A stretch of 64,000 nt of DNA, from NCBI RefSeq assembly GCF_902459465.1, contig NC_047067.1:17422001-17486000 (forward strand), read 5' to 3'. This stretch comes from Asterias rubens. Taxonomy: Eukaryota. Both the position numbers and the translations under genes were made by a program. The notes beneath the pieces are model-generated. The model searched no databases. It worked only from the letters and a program-made list of their open reading frames with translations, and was not told the DNA's origin. Shown here one piece after another: positions 39,201 to 49,975 of this stretch (positions are counted from its first letter, which is position 1; each line of letters opens with the position of its first letter).

Positions 39201-41421
39201 TGACAGTTACAGTCCGAGCTGTGTTATAAAACACATATTGACTGGCACAATTTGGTAACTAGTGTACGTCTATTCCCCCTCGGGCCTGTGAGTGACCAGA
39301 AGAGGGGCCTATTTCCCGAGGCCGAAGGAAGTAGGTCGCTCTTCTGGTCACTCAATGTCCCTCGTGGGAATAGACGTATGCTAGTTACCTCGTTGCCAGT
39401 CAATATGTGTATACTAATACAACAGATCGCTGTTGCATTGCCACAAGTTCTTGTTTTGATCATTGTATATGTATATCATGTTTTATAGAGGGCTTCAAAT
39501 ATTATGTGATTGTTGACAGCAGTTTTAGTTGCTCTTACTACAAGATGACACCCCCACTCATGATCTATTTCTGCGTTATGTTTCATTAGTGTTCACCAAC
39601 CAGTACATGAATGTATAAAAGTATAAAAACAAACAAACAAATAAATAAACAAACAAACAAACAAACAAATGAATGATCAGCTTGCTGGATCGGTCACCTC
39701 AAAAATAAGAATGAATTGATACAAAAATAATTACTTTGGTTATCCAATCAAAATGACTGACATGAAGATTTTGTTCACTGCAGGCTTTCAAATTGTGTAC
39801 CTACTGTTACATAAGTCAACAGGAAAACCTTTTTTACACTTTCCCTGGCAAAGTGTCAAGTTACTGTTTTCTTACTCTCTTAATGTTGCTTTCTGATCAT
39901 AGTTAATGGTTGCTGAGAAGCGTGGCACCATTCGGTTCTACGATCTTGTGAACCAACAACCAATCATGTCACTGGATGCTGGCCATGTGATGTTGAAGTC
40001 TGCCGATTGGTGCCCGTGTGACCCTACCAGGGTCGGAGCAGCTGTGGAGGGGGAATGGATGATTTGGGATATCACAAGATCAAGGTTAGGTAACGGAAAG
40101 AGCGCAATTTAACAAAAGATGACATATCATATCAAGGCACAATTACTCATTGCTTTCTTTAATAAGGTTACCAGCCATGATACTACCATGTCATTTGTTT
40201 TGTTGTGGCTGTTCCAAAATAGTTCTACTCCAAGAAACTACATGTAGTTGCTTAAATAACACCACATTTGGGGTGGGGGATGGGATTTTTTCTGTAGTCG
40301 TAATTGTATGGAAAGTTTTTGATGCAAGCAGTATTTGTTTACTTGTTCGTTTCATCAAGGTTCCATTTCAATAAATCTAAATATTACTCTATTTGTTTAC
40401 AATCACATCTTGATGTTTTTACAGTCGCTCGGAAGACCATCAGCAGGCTCACACAGAAGGTGCAAGACAGTTCCGCTGGTCTCGCGTTAACGAGAACTTA
40501 TTTGCGACGACTGGTCGTCCTGGCAACCAGGTGAAAATATTCCACATGGGACACCATCAGGTATGGACGATTAACAGCTTTTAACTGATATTTGTTCAGT
40601 TTTTGTGATATTGCTGATTTGAGATTTTGAGGTTGTATCCAAATAAGTGAATGTGACTTGATTTTCAAATTGTTATTGTTTTATTAATTGGTTTATTGCT
40701 TAAATCACATTGCAGCCAAAGGTTGAGTTACATTAAATTTACAATATTCAAAAATACAGTATTAAAACCCAGAACAAGAAAAGAAAATATGCAGAAATAC
40801 ATGTATGACAATCAGTCCGTAATATGTAAATAATTTAAATTTGCAAACTTATTTGAACAAACTTGTGAACAAGCTTTTAAAGCATAGGATGCCTGTAAAG
40901 CCCTCTCACACTTAGCATCAGTCACAGTGTAGTGACCACAAGCTCATTCTTACCTGGGCTGTGCATTTTGGTGCACAACTTTGGGTATGGTGTGTGTATA
41001 CGTAGCCCCCTTGCATCTACTGTGTTCCATCTTCATTGTGTGCTTAGAGTCAAAGGAATTCCTTAAAGGCCTTTTTTGTTTGCGTTCTTTTTTTTGAGGG
41101 GGGGGGGGGGGGGGAGTTGGGGTGGGTGGGGGTACCTTCATGGACAGAAGACTACTGGGGTACCCTTTGACCCCATACGGGCATGGTATGATATGTGGGA
41201 GTTTATTTTTTAAGTTATCTCTAAAAAATTTAAGGATTCAGAGGAGGCCTTGTAATTTCACTTCCACTCTCTCACTGAGCCCTTCTTTGTCTTTTACCCC
41301 TCCCCAGGTCCCAGTGAGCAGTGATCTACAAGTGCTGGGTGGGTTGACATGGCATGCATTCCTTCCTGTTTGTGCTGTTGGAAGCAACAGAAAAATACAT
41401 CTCTGGATTGCAGAGGCATGA
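36117..41421 (+). CDS. NUP37: Nucleoporin Nup37, WD40 (7 coding exons, 322 aa)
   Basis: join(36117..36269,37224..37348,37831..37903,38647..38832,39903..40084,40425..40560,41308..41421) = 969 nt, all GT-AG. Motifs ISWSPETSL, FEGHSDHIN, ASVSDDHTCRVW, LMVAEKRGTIRFYD, NENLFATTG, GLTWH. Confidence 0.95.
36622..36690. repeat. ~68 bp self-complementary mini-element
   Basis: TAGTTGCGATAACATAACCC ... GGGTTACGTTATCGCAACTA; left arm is also found at about 3262. Confidence 0.7.
36970..37085 (-). mobile_element. tRNA-derived SINE
   Basis: Minus strand AGTCTAGTTGG (A box-like) and GGGTTCGATTCCC (B box). Confidence 0.6.
37224..37348 (+). CDS. NUP37: NUP37 exon 2
   Basis: CAG acceptor; EEDKTVEGFDYKHLRDFHHDTQVVAISWSPETSLEVLPRCI; donor AG|GTACC. 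Confidence 0.95.
37384..37735. mobile_element. TTAA MITE family 1 copy
   Basis: TTAAAGACACTGGACACTATTGGTAAT start, TTAA end. Confidence 0.8.
37831..37903 (+). CDS. NUP37: NUP37 exon 3
   Basis: CAG acceptor; FCTAGADYKIRLFSSDMKEQDVME; donor GAG|GTAGG. Confidence 0.95.
38356..38579. mobile_element. MITE
   Basis: TIR GGGTGCGTTCGATTAGCTTCCCTGGGTCG / CGACCCAGGGAAGCTAAAGGAACGCACCC. Confidence 0.7.
38647..38832 (+). CDS. NUP37: NUP37 exon 4
   Basis: CAG acceptor; LFEGHSDHINDVAFEP...SVSDDHTCRVWD...DPMK; donor AAG|GTTTG. Confidence 0.95.
38911..39100 (+). mobile_element. tRNA-derived SINE with MetaSINE-like core
   Basis: TGGTTGAGCGG A box, GGTTCGATTC B box (39031-39040), TTGTGTCATTGAGCAAGGCACTTTACCC core. 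Confidence 0.65.
39231..39410. repeat. ~180 bp imperfect palindrome (foldback mini-element)
   Basis: ACACATATTGACTGGCA..GTAACTAG..ACGTCTATTCCC..GAGTGACCAGAAGAG and its reverse complement around CCGAGGCCGAAGG. Confidence 0.75.
39903..40084 (+). CDS. NUP37: NUP37 exon 5
   Basis: TAG acceptor; LMVAEKRGTIRFYDL...SADWC...WMIWDITRS; donor AG|GTTAG. Confidence 0.95.
40425..40560 (+). CDS. NUP37: NUP37 exon 6
   Basis: CAG acceptor; RSEDHQQAHTEGARQFRWSRVNENLFATTGRPGNQVKIFHMGHHQ; donor CAG|GTATG. Confidence 0.93.
41308..41421 (+). CDS. NUP37: NUP37 exon 7 (last coding)
   Basis: CAG acceptor; VPVSSDLQVLGGLTWHAFLPVCAVGSNRKIHLWIAEA-TGA. Confidence 0.93.
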   Translation, partial: VPVSSDLQVLGGLTWHAFLPVCAVGSNRKIHLWIAEA

Positions 41422-41705
41422 ACAACTTAGTATTTTTATGGAATATTTTTGTGAAACACAGTGCGCCCTGTACAGTTTGCTTAGGATACCATTTTCGCAG
41501 TTCAGGTCTACAGGTTTGTAGTTCTCCTGCAGGGCCAGCTGCATGACCCTGATTGTTCATGGCGTGACACCCTCTTAGACCCGGTCCTCAAAGAAGCTCG
41601 GTGTTTCTCCGGTTTGGAATTCCACTGGTTGTGGCTTCGGTCACTGAAGCATATCGCTTATATGAGGCCTGTGGTTTCTGGCTCGTGGGTCACACAAAAG
41701 ACAGC

Positions 41706-42035
41706 TTAAAGGGAAGGTACACTATTAGTAATTACTCAAAATATTAACGTAAAAACTGAGCATTGGAGAGCTGTTGATAGTAAATAACATTATGGGAAAC
41801 GACTCCCTGTGAAGTAAGGTAGTTTTTGAGAAAGAGATAATTTCTCACTCTTTTATTCCTATCTGAAAGCACACAATTAGTCCAACAAGGGTGTTTTTTC
41901 TTTCATATTCTTCTCGCAACTTTGATAACCGATTGAAACCAAATTTTCATAGACTTGTTATTTTATGCTTATGATGGGAACACCAAGTGAGAACACTGGT
42001 CTTTGACAATTGCCAAACGTGTACAGTGCCTTTAA
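41706..42035. mobile_element. TTAA MITE family 1 copy
   Basis: TTAA at both ends; family internal sequence. Confidence 0.8.
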
Positions 42036-42126
42036 GCCCCGACTTCATCATTGCTCCTACGGTAAGATTTGAAGTACTCGTCGGTTTAGAATACCGAGTA
42101 AAGACCGATTAAGCAAACGGGCTTGA

Positions 42127-42777
42127 CTAAAAAAGGGTTCCTAAAAGGATGTCCTGCCTAAGTTGAATCGTGGTTTGCAAAGCAGCAAGTTGAAGATAGT
42201 ATTCTTTTGTGAGGCTATTGATTGTTTGTTTTTTCACATTCATGTCATCCATGTAAAGGTCCAAAATAGCCTGTGCAATGCCATGGTGTGATTGTATGTA
42301 TTTGACTTTTTCGGATAAAAAAAGGCCTCTCAAGGCCGTGGTAAACTGCTGAGTGCGCTCTTTAATATGAACCCCCCGTACTCTACAGATGAGTCCGGCT
42401 TGTTTCTGGGATGTCACTATCCTCACATCGCACTCGGTATAATGTTGCAGAATTTGGTCAAAGACGCCGATTACCTTAATTATTTAATGTTGGGCAAAGA
42501 ACATGGAAAGGTCCCACTCCAGTAATGGCAAATATCCAAACAGCTTGGGTTGTCTGTACTCTATCTTTTGTGTGAGTGTTGGGCTCTGAGAAGAGCCGGC
42601 TTTGTCTTGACATCTTGAACAGTACACTCTGCTCTTCAGGAGAAGAATCATGTCCTGCGGAAAGTATTCTTGGATCGTTTCTTTAGAATCATCAAAATTA
42701 ATAAGATCTTTTTTTTTGGGGGGGGGGTGGTAATAAAAGATAGGGAGACATGTGTTTCCCACAAACATATTGTACAT
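42127..42777 (-). pseudogene. Unidentified protein-like reading frame interrupted by one in-frame TAA
   Basis: ORFs 42484-42777 and 42127-42426 are in the same frame, and the segment between them is open after the single stop; family not recognised. Confidence 0.35.
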
Positions 42778-44443
42778 GGTTTGTTGGGTTTCATCCTTGT
42801 AACAAAATAAATATTGATGAAATTATAAGAGATTGTCACTGTATTTATTTTATATTTATTTGTTTTTTTCTGGTTAATTGCTACAATTTATGAAATTGCC
42901 TGGACCATATCATCACTGTTTTCATGAAGAGGCAACTTGGCCCATGCAGCCAAACTTTCATGTTTGGGGAAAACCGCATTGAAGTTAAAAACCTACTGTT
43001 TAAGTCAGTGATTCAGTCACTATTTACCAATAACCAATTATATTTTCCAAGCATGTTATTCTAATCACTATAAATGAGTAATTTCTAATCACTGTAAATG
43101 AGTAATTAACTGTTCAACTTAAGTTTCTCTTCATGAAAACTGCGCTACGAGGTGTATGTGCAGTACGTCAGGTAAAAACCAATGTGTAATGACACAATTC
43201 TGTTTGTAAAAACAAAAATTGATCTAGGTCACAATTTGCCTCTTTGTGAAAACTCAAAAACGCTGAGTTCATGTACACATTGTCTTTTTGGCCCTGTGCT
43301 AGCCTATGTACTTCAATGTAAAAAATTGCAAATCTAAATGTGGCTGTTCGTGAAAACGCATAACTGAGGTTTTGGTAAAATGGTCCTTGTGCTAATGGAA
43401 ACTTTGAGAAAAGTAACATCCGAAGTGTGTAAAAACACCAATATGCCAAAATGTGTGATTTTTTGAAGAGATGACTTCATGAAAACAGTGACGATAAATG
43501 TGAACTTCGTCTTTTCAAGTGATTACTTTCTCAACATGTTAAATTACTCCTGGCAGGGAAGAAAGTGATTGCGAAATACAGATTCAAAATTAGATTTTTT
43601 CTTCTTTATTTGCATAAAATGTACATACCTATCAAAAACAACCCAATAACACAGCTTAGCACTTATTCAAAGAGCTGCTTAATGCACAACAAAATACTTG
43701 TGCTTACTGGGATATGTGCTTACTGGGATATGATTACCAGCCAATAGACAATGTCATGTGTACCATCTTTGACTGGTATCCTGCGTATTTTTGCTAAGCA
43801 ATATTTCCTTAATCAAAATTATCTGCTCGAGCGGCTCAATGAAACTAGGGCCAGTTGTAATTCATATTTTTCTCCGATGATGAAGTTCTCAAACTTCAAC
43901 AGCTTTCCTTTTCTGTACCACTGGTTGCACCAGGGCCCAGCTTAGCATGAAATTTCTTCCTTGATAAAAACAGGAACCAACAATATTATTATTGGTTGTA
44001 TATTGCTTGTTACTGGTATTCAGCTGTTGTTGGTAATCCTCGTTTATCAAGGCAACAATTTCATGCTAAGCAAATGTGAGGGCCCTTTTTGCGCGTGTGA
44101 CGTCACATGCAAGAGGTCTATTCAATTCATGTTATAACAATCCATCTGGTTTCAAAGAACATTTCTCTCTCTTGAATACATTCAAGTATAAACAACTTTG
44201 TTTTAAAATACTGTTCCTTTCTATTACTGCACACAGATAATCATGAAGTTAATGTCTAAAAAAACACAGCCTTGATCCGGCACAAAGATCTCATCAGTCC
44301 ATGGCGTTCTAGCCATCAAATCGTTTCCTTTCCAGCCAAACTGCATCCTTGATTGTTTTACAACTGCGTAACACCCTGAACACTGTTCATCAAGTAGCTG
44401 ATTCCAACAGTCACATGTATCTACAGGTGGGGGTGGGTGGGGG

Positions 44444-44599
44444 TCATAGCCCAAACCACAACGGCACACCGCCTCGTTCTCTCAGGAGATTGTCTTTTAC
44501 TTTCTGCTTAGCTTTGACTTCTTCTATCATGTCCTCTTCATCTTCGTCTGTTTCTTTCTTGAACAAATTATCAGGGAACTCGAACGTCTGGTTGTCCGG
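44444..44599 (-). CDS. MRPL23: MRPL23 exon 4 (last coding)
   Basis: TAG acceptor; PDNQTFEFPDNLF...RGGVPLWFGL-TGA. Confidence 0.95.
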   Translation of the reverse strand, partial: PDNQTFEFPDNLFKKETDEDEEDMIEEVKAKQKVKDNLLRERGGVPLWFGL

Positions 44600-47500
44600 C
44601 TACAAGAAAAATGATGTTGACAATTTATTACCCGAAACATAGATTTAACATTGGTTGATTTAACACAATCCCTCAATAGAAGGAAGGACTTTGGCTTGAA
44701 ACCAAAATGAACACAAATAATCCTTGTGGAAGTTTAACACCCAACTCTTTGGGCAAGTTCTGGTCAATTCAAATATTTTACTGAGAAAATACTCCTTTCT
44801 CAATGTTGTCTACTATCAAAAGCTCTCCGTTGCTCGCTACCAAGTAAGTTTTTATGCTAACAAAGAGTAATTACCAATAGTGTCCAATGCCTTTAAAGGG
44901 TTTGTGTACTTTTTGTAAAACTCAATATACAAACGTGCACAGATTTACACTAACCTTACATACAATATAAAGGCACAATTCTGTGGTTAAAAAGGCGCAT
45001 GAGTTTTTGGGCTTGTTCCATCTCAGACCACAAAAGTCTCAGTCGTAGATCTTGATTTCAGACCTTGAGGCATCAGGGCCCAATTACATGGCTCTGCTTA
45101 CCGCCAAAATCTGCGCTTACGATCACGATTCCTTGCTTACGTGCAAGCGCACAATTTTTGCGCTAGCCTTGTAAGCGTAGAATGCCTAGTAACGTGGAGT
45201 ATGCACGCGCAAAAGCCAAAATTTGCAGCTAACCTGTGAAATACGCTTGCCAAAAGCACAGAACTACCTGCTTCTGTAAGCGCCGATTCGGTGCTGAAGG
45301 TAAGCAGAGGCATGAAATTGGGCCCAGCTGTGACGTTTACTGAATGTCAATTAACATCAAACTTACCAATGTGACATGTGCCAACTTGAAGTCATCTTTA
45401 GGCTTGAATCTTCTATTCCTGTGGTCACGCTTGAATGCCACATACACTATCTGTGTATTTACCTTGGCCACAGGAACGTTGTATAATCTGTCCAGGTAGT
45501 TCTTCACATCAAACTTTGTCATTCTGATAAAAAATAATAATAAACCACACAAAAAATTACAATCAGTGGTACATTTTCCACAAGTCTTCTTACTTTACTA
45601 GGCATAATGCTTACATAGAGTTAGTGTTTTAACGAGGATTACCACATTTCATCCTATACCATAATCCCTATGCATGTACTACAGAAACATCATATTCCAA
45701 AGCCACTGAATCTTACCAATATTATGAAAACATGCATGTTTACCCATATACAGCACCCCCCTGACTTTGTGCATAGTGAAACCTTGTCTGCAAGGTACAA
45801 ATAGTTTCCTGAAAGGGTCTGGGTACTTTTTGGAAAACAAAACACAATATCAACAAATTTAAATTAAACAGTTTGAAGATAATGATAGTAGAAAGATTAC
45901 CTTAAAAATATTACTTGCTGTGGTGCTGTAGTTTTTATGAGAAATGAGTTATGGCACGCTTTAAGTTTACATGCTAAAATAATTTTCGTTTCACCGAGAC
46001 AAAACTTATTTTCGTTTCACCGAGACAAAACTGACTTTCGTGACTTGTTTTACTCATATCTCAAAAACTACAGCACCTCGATAAAGTAATATTTCAAGGG
46101 AAGCTTTCTACCATCATTCTTCAAACCGTGTAAGGTTAAAGTAAATCTGTGGACATGGTGTTTTGTGTCCTACAAAAAGTACCCGACCCTTTAAAGGAAC
46201 ACGTTGCCTTGGATCGGTCGAGTTGGTCTTTGAAAAGCGTTTGTTATAAAATGCATATTGGTAGAAAGATGCTGTAAAAGTAGAATACAATGATCCACAC
46301 AAACATGCCTCGAAATTGCACGGTTTTCCTTTTACCTCGTCGACTAACACGGTCGGCCATTTATGGGAGTCGTTAGTTCGCACAGTAAAAGGAAAACCAC
46401 GTAATTTCGAGGCAAACTTGTGTGGATCATTGTATTCTACTTTGAAATTATCTTTCCAACCATATGCATTTTATGACAAACGGTTACAAACGCTTTTTTA
46501 TAGACCAACTCGTCCGATCCAAGGCAACATGTTCCTTTAAGCAAGGTCATCTTGCAAATTAGATATGTGTACGGTTAGTAATTAGTATACAAAGCACTCA
46601 TAGAGTTAGCGCATGCCTCCTCTAACAAGCTTCTAACTTACTGTACAGGACATTCAAAAGTGACGACATTTGGGGGTCTTTCCTTGTCAGATTTCACCAG
46701 TTTCATATAGAAGTCTGTGAAGAAGACCCGACATTGAGGGTTGCCTTTTACATACAGCGGATATCTGTAAGTGTAAGGGTAAAAACATTGGAAAATTAAA
46801 TAAAATATTACGACAGTTATTAGTTAAGTCTCAGTGCAGCTCTTTTCTGTATTTTTTACTGCCAGATTGAGTCAAATCTCCCAAAGCACAATTTCATGGC
46901 TGTCGCATTGTCTCAATCGTTGGGTTGTCTGAACCGTCGCATTGTCTCAACCGTTGGGTGGGTAGTCTCAACCGCTGAGTTGTCTACACCATTGAGTTGT
47001 CCGAACTGTTGAGTAGTGTCAACCGTAGAGTTGATCGAACCATTAAGTTGTCCGAACCGATGAGTTCTCCGAACCGATGAGTTCTACGAACCGTTGTTCT
47101 CCGAACCGTTGAGTTGTCTGAACTGTCGAGTTGTCTCAACCAGCGAGTTGTACGAACCGTCGAATCTTCTGAACGATTGAGTTGTCCGAACCGATGAGTT
47201 GACCAAGTGATAACTCCGGCAAAATAATGCATGGCCCTCTTCAGATAGACCAGAATTGGTAACTTTGTGTATTTTGGGACAATTTGCGAGAATTGCTATG
47301 CATGTATGCTGGCATTACGAACGTTGGATCCTATCCCAGATTTCAGAGCTAGTTCCTATTTGGGCTTGTAAATGTAAACGGGTCCATGGACTACTTCAAC
47401 GAGAGGGACTATATTGTCCTAGATTTGATTGGCACTATCATTTAGTTACTGTACACTTGCAGGAATCCCAGAAGTGGAACCACACACAGGGAAAAGAACA

Positions 47501-47830
47501 TAATATTACAATACAATCATCGTATGACCCGAGTTAAGTTTTCGTGCTACATTAATGTGCAACTGCACACTATAAAGCGTACACAAAAAATATTACATTT
47601 ATTTATTTGTTATTGTTAAAAAGAAAAATTAATAAATATTTATTAAATTATTATTTATTTACTGCCTGCTGATTTTAAACCTTGATTTTATTAGCATGTT
47701 TTAGGCGTAGGGTGTTAATTGTGATCTACATATCACATTCAAGTCTTGTATTGTCTTAGTTATATTGTCTTGTTTACACATTTCTCATCTTGGAGTTATA
47801 AAAGCGAACCTACCTTACAAATCGAGACAT
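44444..47830 (-). CDS. MRPL23: Mitochondrial ribosomal protein L23 (4 coding exons, 150 aa)
   Basis: complement(join(44444..44599,45367..45523,46642..46764,47814..47830)) = 453 nt, GT-AG. MSRFVRYPLYVKGNPQCRVF...MTKFDVKNYLDRLYNVPVAKV...RDHRN...FEFPD...RGGVPLWFGL matches uL23m. Confidence 0.95.
44765..44896. mobile_element. TTAA MITE family 1, right-end fragment
   Basis: ...TTACCAATAGTGTCCAATGCCTTTAA; shares its TTAA with the start of another MITE end. Confidence 0.65.
45077..45324. mobile_element. PIF/Harbinger-like MITE with CAG target duplication
   Basis: CAG|GGCCCAATTACATGGCTCTGCTTACC ... GGTAAGCAGAGGCATGAAATTGGGCC|CAG. Confidence 0.8.
45367..45523 (-). CDS. MRPL23: MRPL23 exon 3
   Basis: CAG acceptor; MTKFDVKNYLDRLYNVPVAKVNTQIVYVAFKRDHRNRRFKPKDDFKLAHVTL; donor |GTAAGT. 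Confidence 0.95.
45810..46194. mobile_element. TTAA MITE family 3
   Basis: AAAGGGTCTGGGTACTTTTT / AAAAAGTACCCGACCCTTTAA. Confidence 0.65.
46191..46540. mobile_element. TTAA MITE family 2 (largely palindromic)
   Basis: TTAAAGGAACACGTTGCCTTGGATCGG / CCGATCCAAGGCAACATGTTCCTTTAA; second copy at 52226-52606. Confidence 0.85.
46642..46764 (-). CDS. MRPL23: MRPL23 exon 2
   Basis: CAG acceptor; YPLYVKGNPQCRVFFTDFYMKLVKSDKERPPNVVTFECPV; donor |GTAAGT. Confidence 0.95.
46905..47215. repeat. Minisatellite of ~17 nt units (GAGTTGTCCGAACCGTT-like)
   Basis: More than 12 diverged head-to-tail copies with no spacers. Confidence 0.85.
47814..47830 (-). CDS. MRPL23: MRPL23 exon 1 (coding part)
   Basis: ATG TCT CGA TTT GTA AG|GTAGG; phase 2 matches exon 2. 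Confidence 0.85.
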
Positions 47831-48189
47831 ACTTGTTCGTATTCTCTCCACACAAATTCCAGTAAAAAACACATGTACTGGCTGCTCTCTGTGGGGGAAG
47901 ACGAACTAGACATACACAGCGCCCTCTACCTTTAAAGTTGAGATACAAGCTTATTTTTTTTTTTGACGGCTGATTTATTTTTCCATAAAACCCCCCAGAT
48001 ATTTTTGGCATTTCAGATCATAGGTTAGATTTGTCAGATTCAATGTGCATTATTTTGCGCATAAATGATGCCATTATTCTGCATTTTTGTCCTTTATGAA
48101 CAAAATGTCAGAACAGTCAGACTATTGTTTATTCAGATAAAACATGAAACAGTCATGTACAAATTCTACATTTATTTTTTGGTGATACT

Positions 48190-48661
48190 TCTAGGAGGGC
48201 CAGGGGGCGCCCTTCCGTAAAACCACGACTAACACCGAAACAACTACTAATTCTGCAACGCCTATTAAACGTGCGAGTAAAAATTGTTACTGCCGATTAA
48301 AAATAAAACACATTTCATTCACTGCCCACCGCCCGAATGATGAAAAGTTATTCTATATTTAAAACTAAATGGAAGTGAACAGTTTAGTTAAACACATTTG
48401 AGGCAGAGCTTGTTGAAAGCCGACGACCGACCGGAGCAGTTTGTGTTCTTTAAATACTTTATTTTGGCGCAGTTCTGAGTTTGCTTGTAATTACTAATGT
48501 GTTCGTAGGAACGCTCCCGTTCACACAGTCACAGAAGCAAGCAGCATCGGCTCATCTCAGTCGGACTTGTTTGTTTTGCTCAGTTGTAAAAAATTGTATG
48601 GCAGACTGCATACAGTGACACCGAAGAGAGAGAGTTTGCAGCCGTTTTCAAGTTGACTCAG
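48190..48661. promoter_or_regulatory. CpG-rich promoter region upstream of MRPL23 and probable non-coding first exon of a + strand gene
   Basis: High CpG density; donor CAG|GTATGT at 48662 followed by an intron-like AT-rich sequence. Confidence 0.45.
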
Positions 48662-49204
48662 GTATGTTTCCCATCTTTCTTGTTCATACTTTTACTTTAG
48701 AATTAGCAAGGAAAGTCTTGTAAACACAATACAAAGTAAAGTGTTTTTGATTTCATTAAAATTAATTATTGAAATTGAAAGTCGTTAGCCGACTCTAAAA
48801 ATTAAAGTTCAAGCACAGTACATCATCAATCATTACAAATTGTTACATTTTTGTCGCAATCTGATACTTATTATACTTATCTTGTGTTTAATAAATTTGT
48901 ATTGTACCAAGAGACCATCTGTAACACTGCCATCATTTGTTTTGTGAGGGTTACAAAGTAACAAACACGAGACAGTCACAGTCACACACAGTGGACAAAT
49001 TCCTAAAAAAAGTACATATTTTTTATTATTTTTGGTTCATTTACCAAAGTGTGATCCCATGTTATGGCAGTTGTGTCATCCATCGGACTGACTGCCAACA
49101 AAAGCGGAGATATTGGGGTACATTCAACATTTCCAATATTGACCCCTTGCACACGCGTCACACGTGGCGACTGATGCCATGCTCACCATAGTTGGTGGGC
49201 TTAT

Positions 49205-49975
49205 GAGTCAACTCAGTTTCAAGTCAACTCGGTCCCAAGTCAACTCGGTCCCTCGGTCCCAAGTCAACTCGGTCCGTATGGTTGACGGGAAGTAATTGTA
49301 TGGTTTCTTTTAATTGGAAAACAAATATGTCTTTTGACTTTGTACATGAAACGGGATGTGTGCATAGATGTTCAGGTATAATAATATTTGATTCCTTCAA
49401 TAGCGACCCATTTGTTTCTATATTCAACATTGAAAATTACCGATTGAAAATTACCGATTGTGTTGGCCAATAAATTTCAATACAAAAAAATGTCTTCAAA
49501 TGTCTCTTTGCTTTTAACCAGAGTATTGTTTTCTGTATGGCTCTCAACCATTCATTAATTGATAAACATTAATAATTGAATCCTCTTTAATTTCTTTTCC
49601 AGTAACTTACATTAAAAATTAAATTGTATAAAAACAGTACAAATACATATTATTAAAAAATAAAGAAAGGAAATTAATGTTTGGTTAAATTATGAAGAAA
49701 TCTTTCAAACCAACTTACAAAGAAAAATACAGAGTTTCAAAAATCAACTAATTAAAAAACTAAAACTATGAGGGAAATTAATGTTTGGTCGATAATAAAA
49801 AACAAACATAATATTGTTCAAATAACTTTGGTTGCGGTCCCCCGCCTTCGGGCCTGTGCAAGCTTCCTGTCTTGGGACCGAGTTGACTTGGGACCGAGTT
49901 GACTTGGGACCGTGTTGACTTGGGACCGAGTTGACTTGGGACCGAGTTGGCTTGGGATCGAGTTGACCGGTACCC
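49205..49975. repeat. Foldback-type element: inverted arrays of 16 nt repeats around an AT-rich core
   Basis: (CAAGTCAACTCGGTCC)n at about 49220-49276 and (GGGACCGAGTTGACTT)n at about 49874-49968. Confidence 0.8.

Noticed and set aside
46905-47215. CRISPR-like array
   Set aside because: Units are contiguous with no unique spacers, there are no cas genes, and the context is a eukaryotic intron. The same applies to 49205-49975 and 20911-21420.
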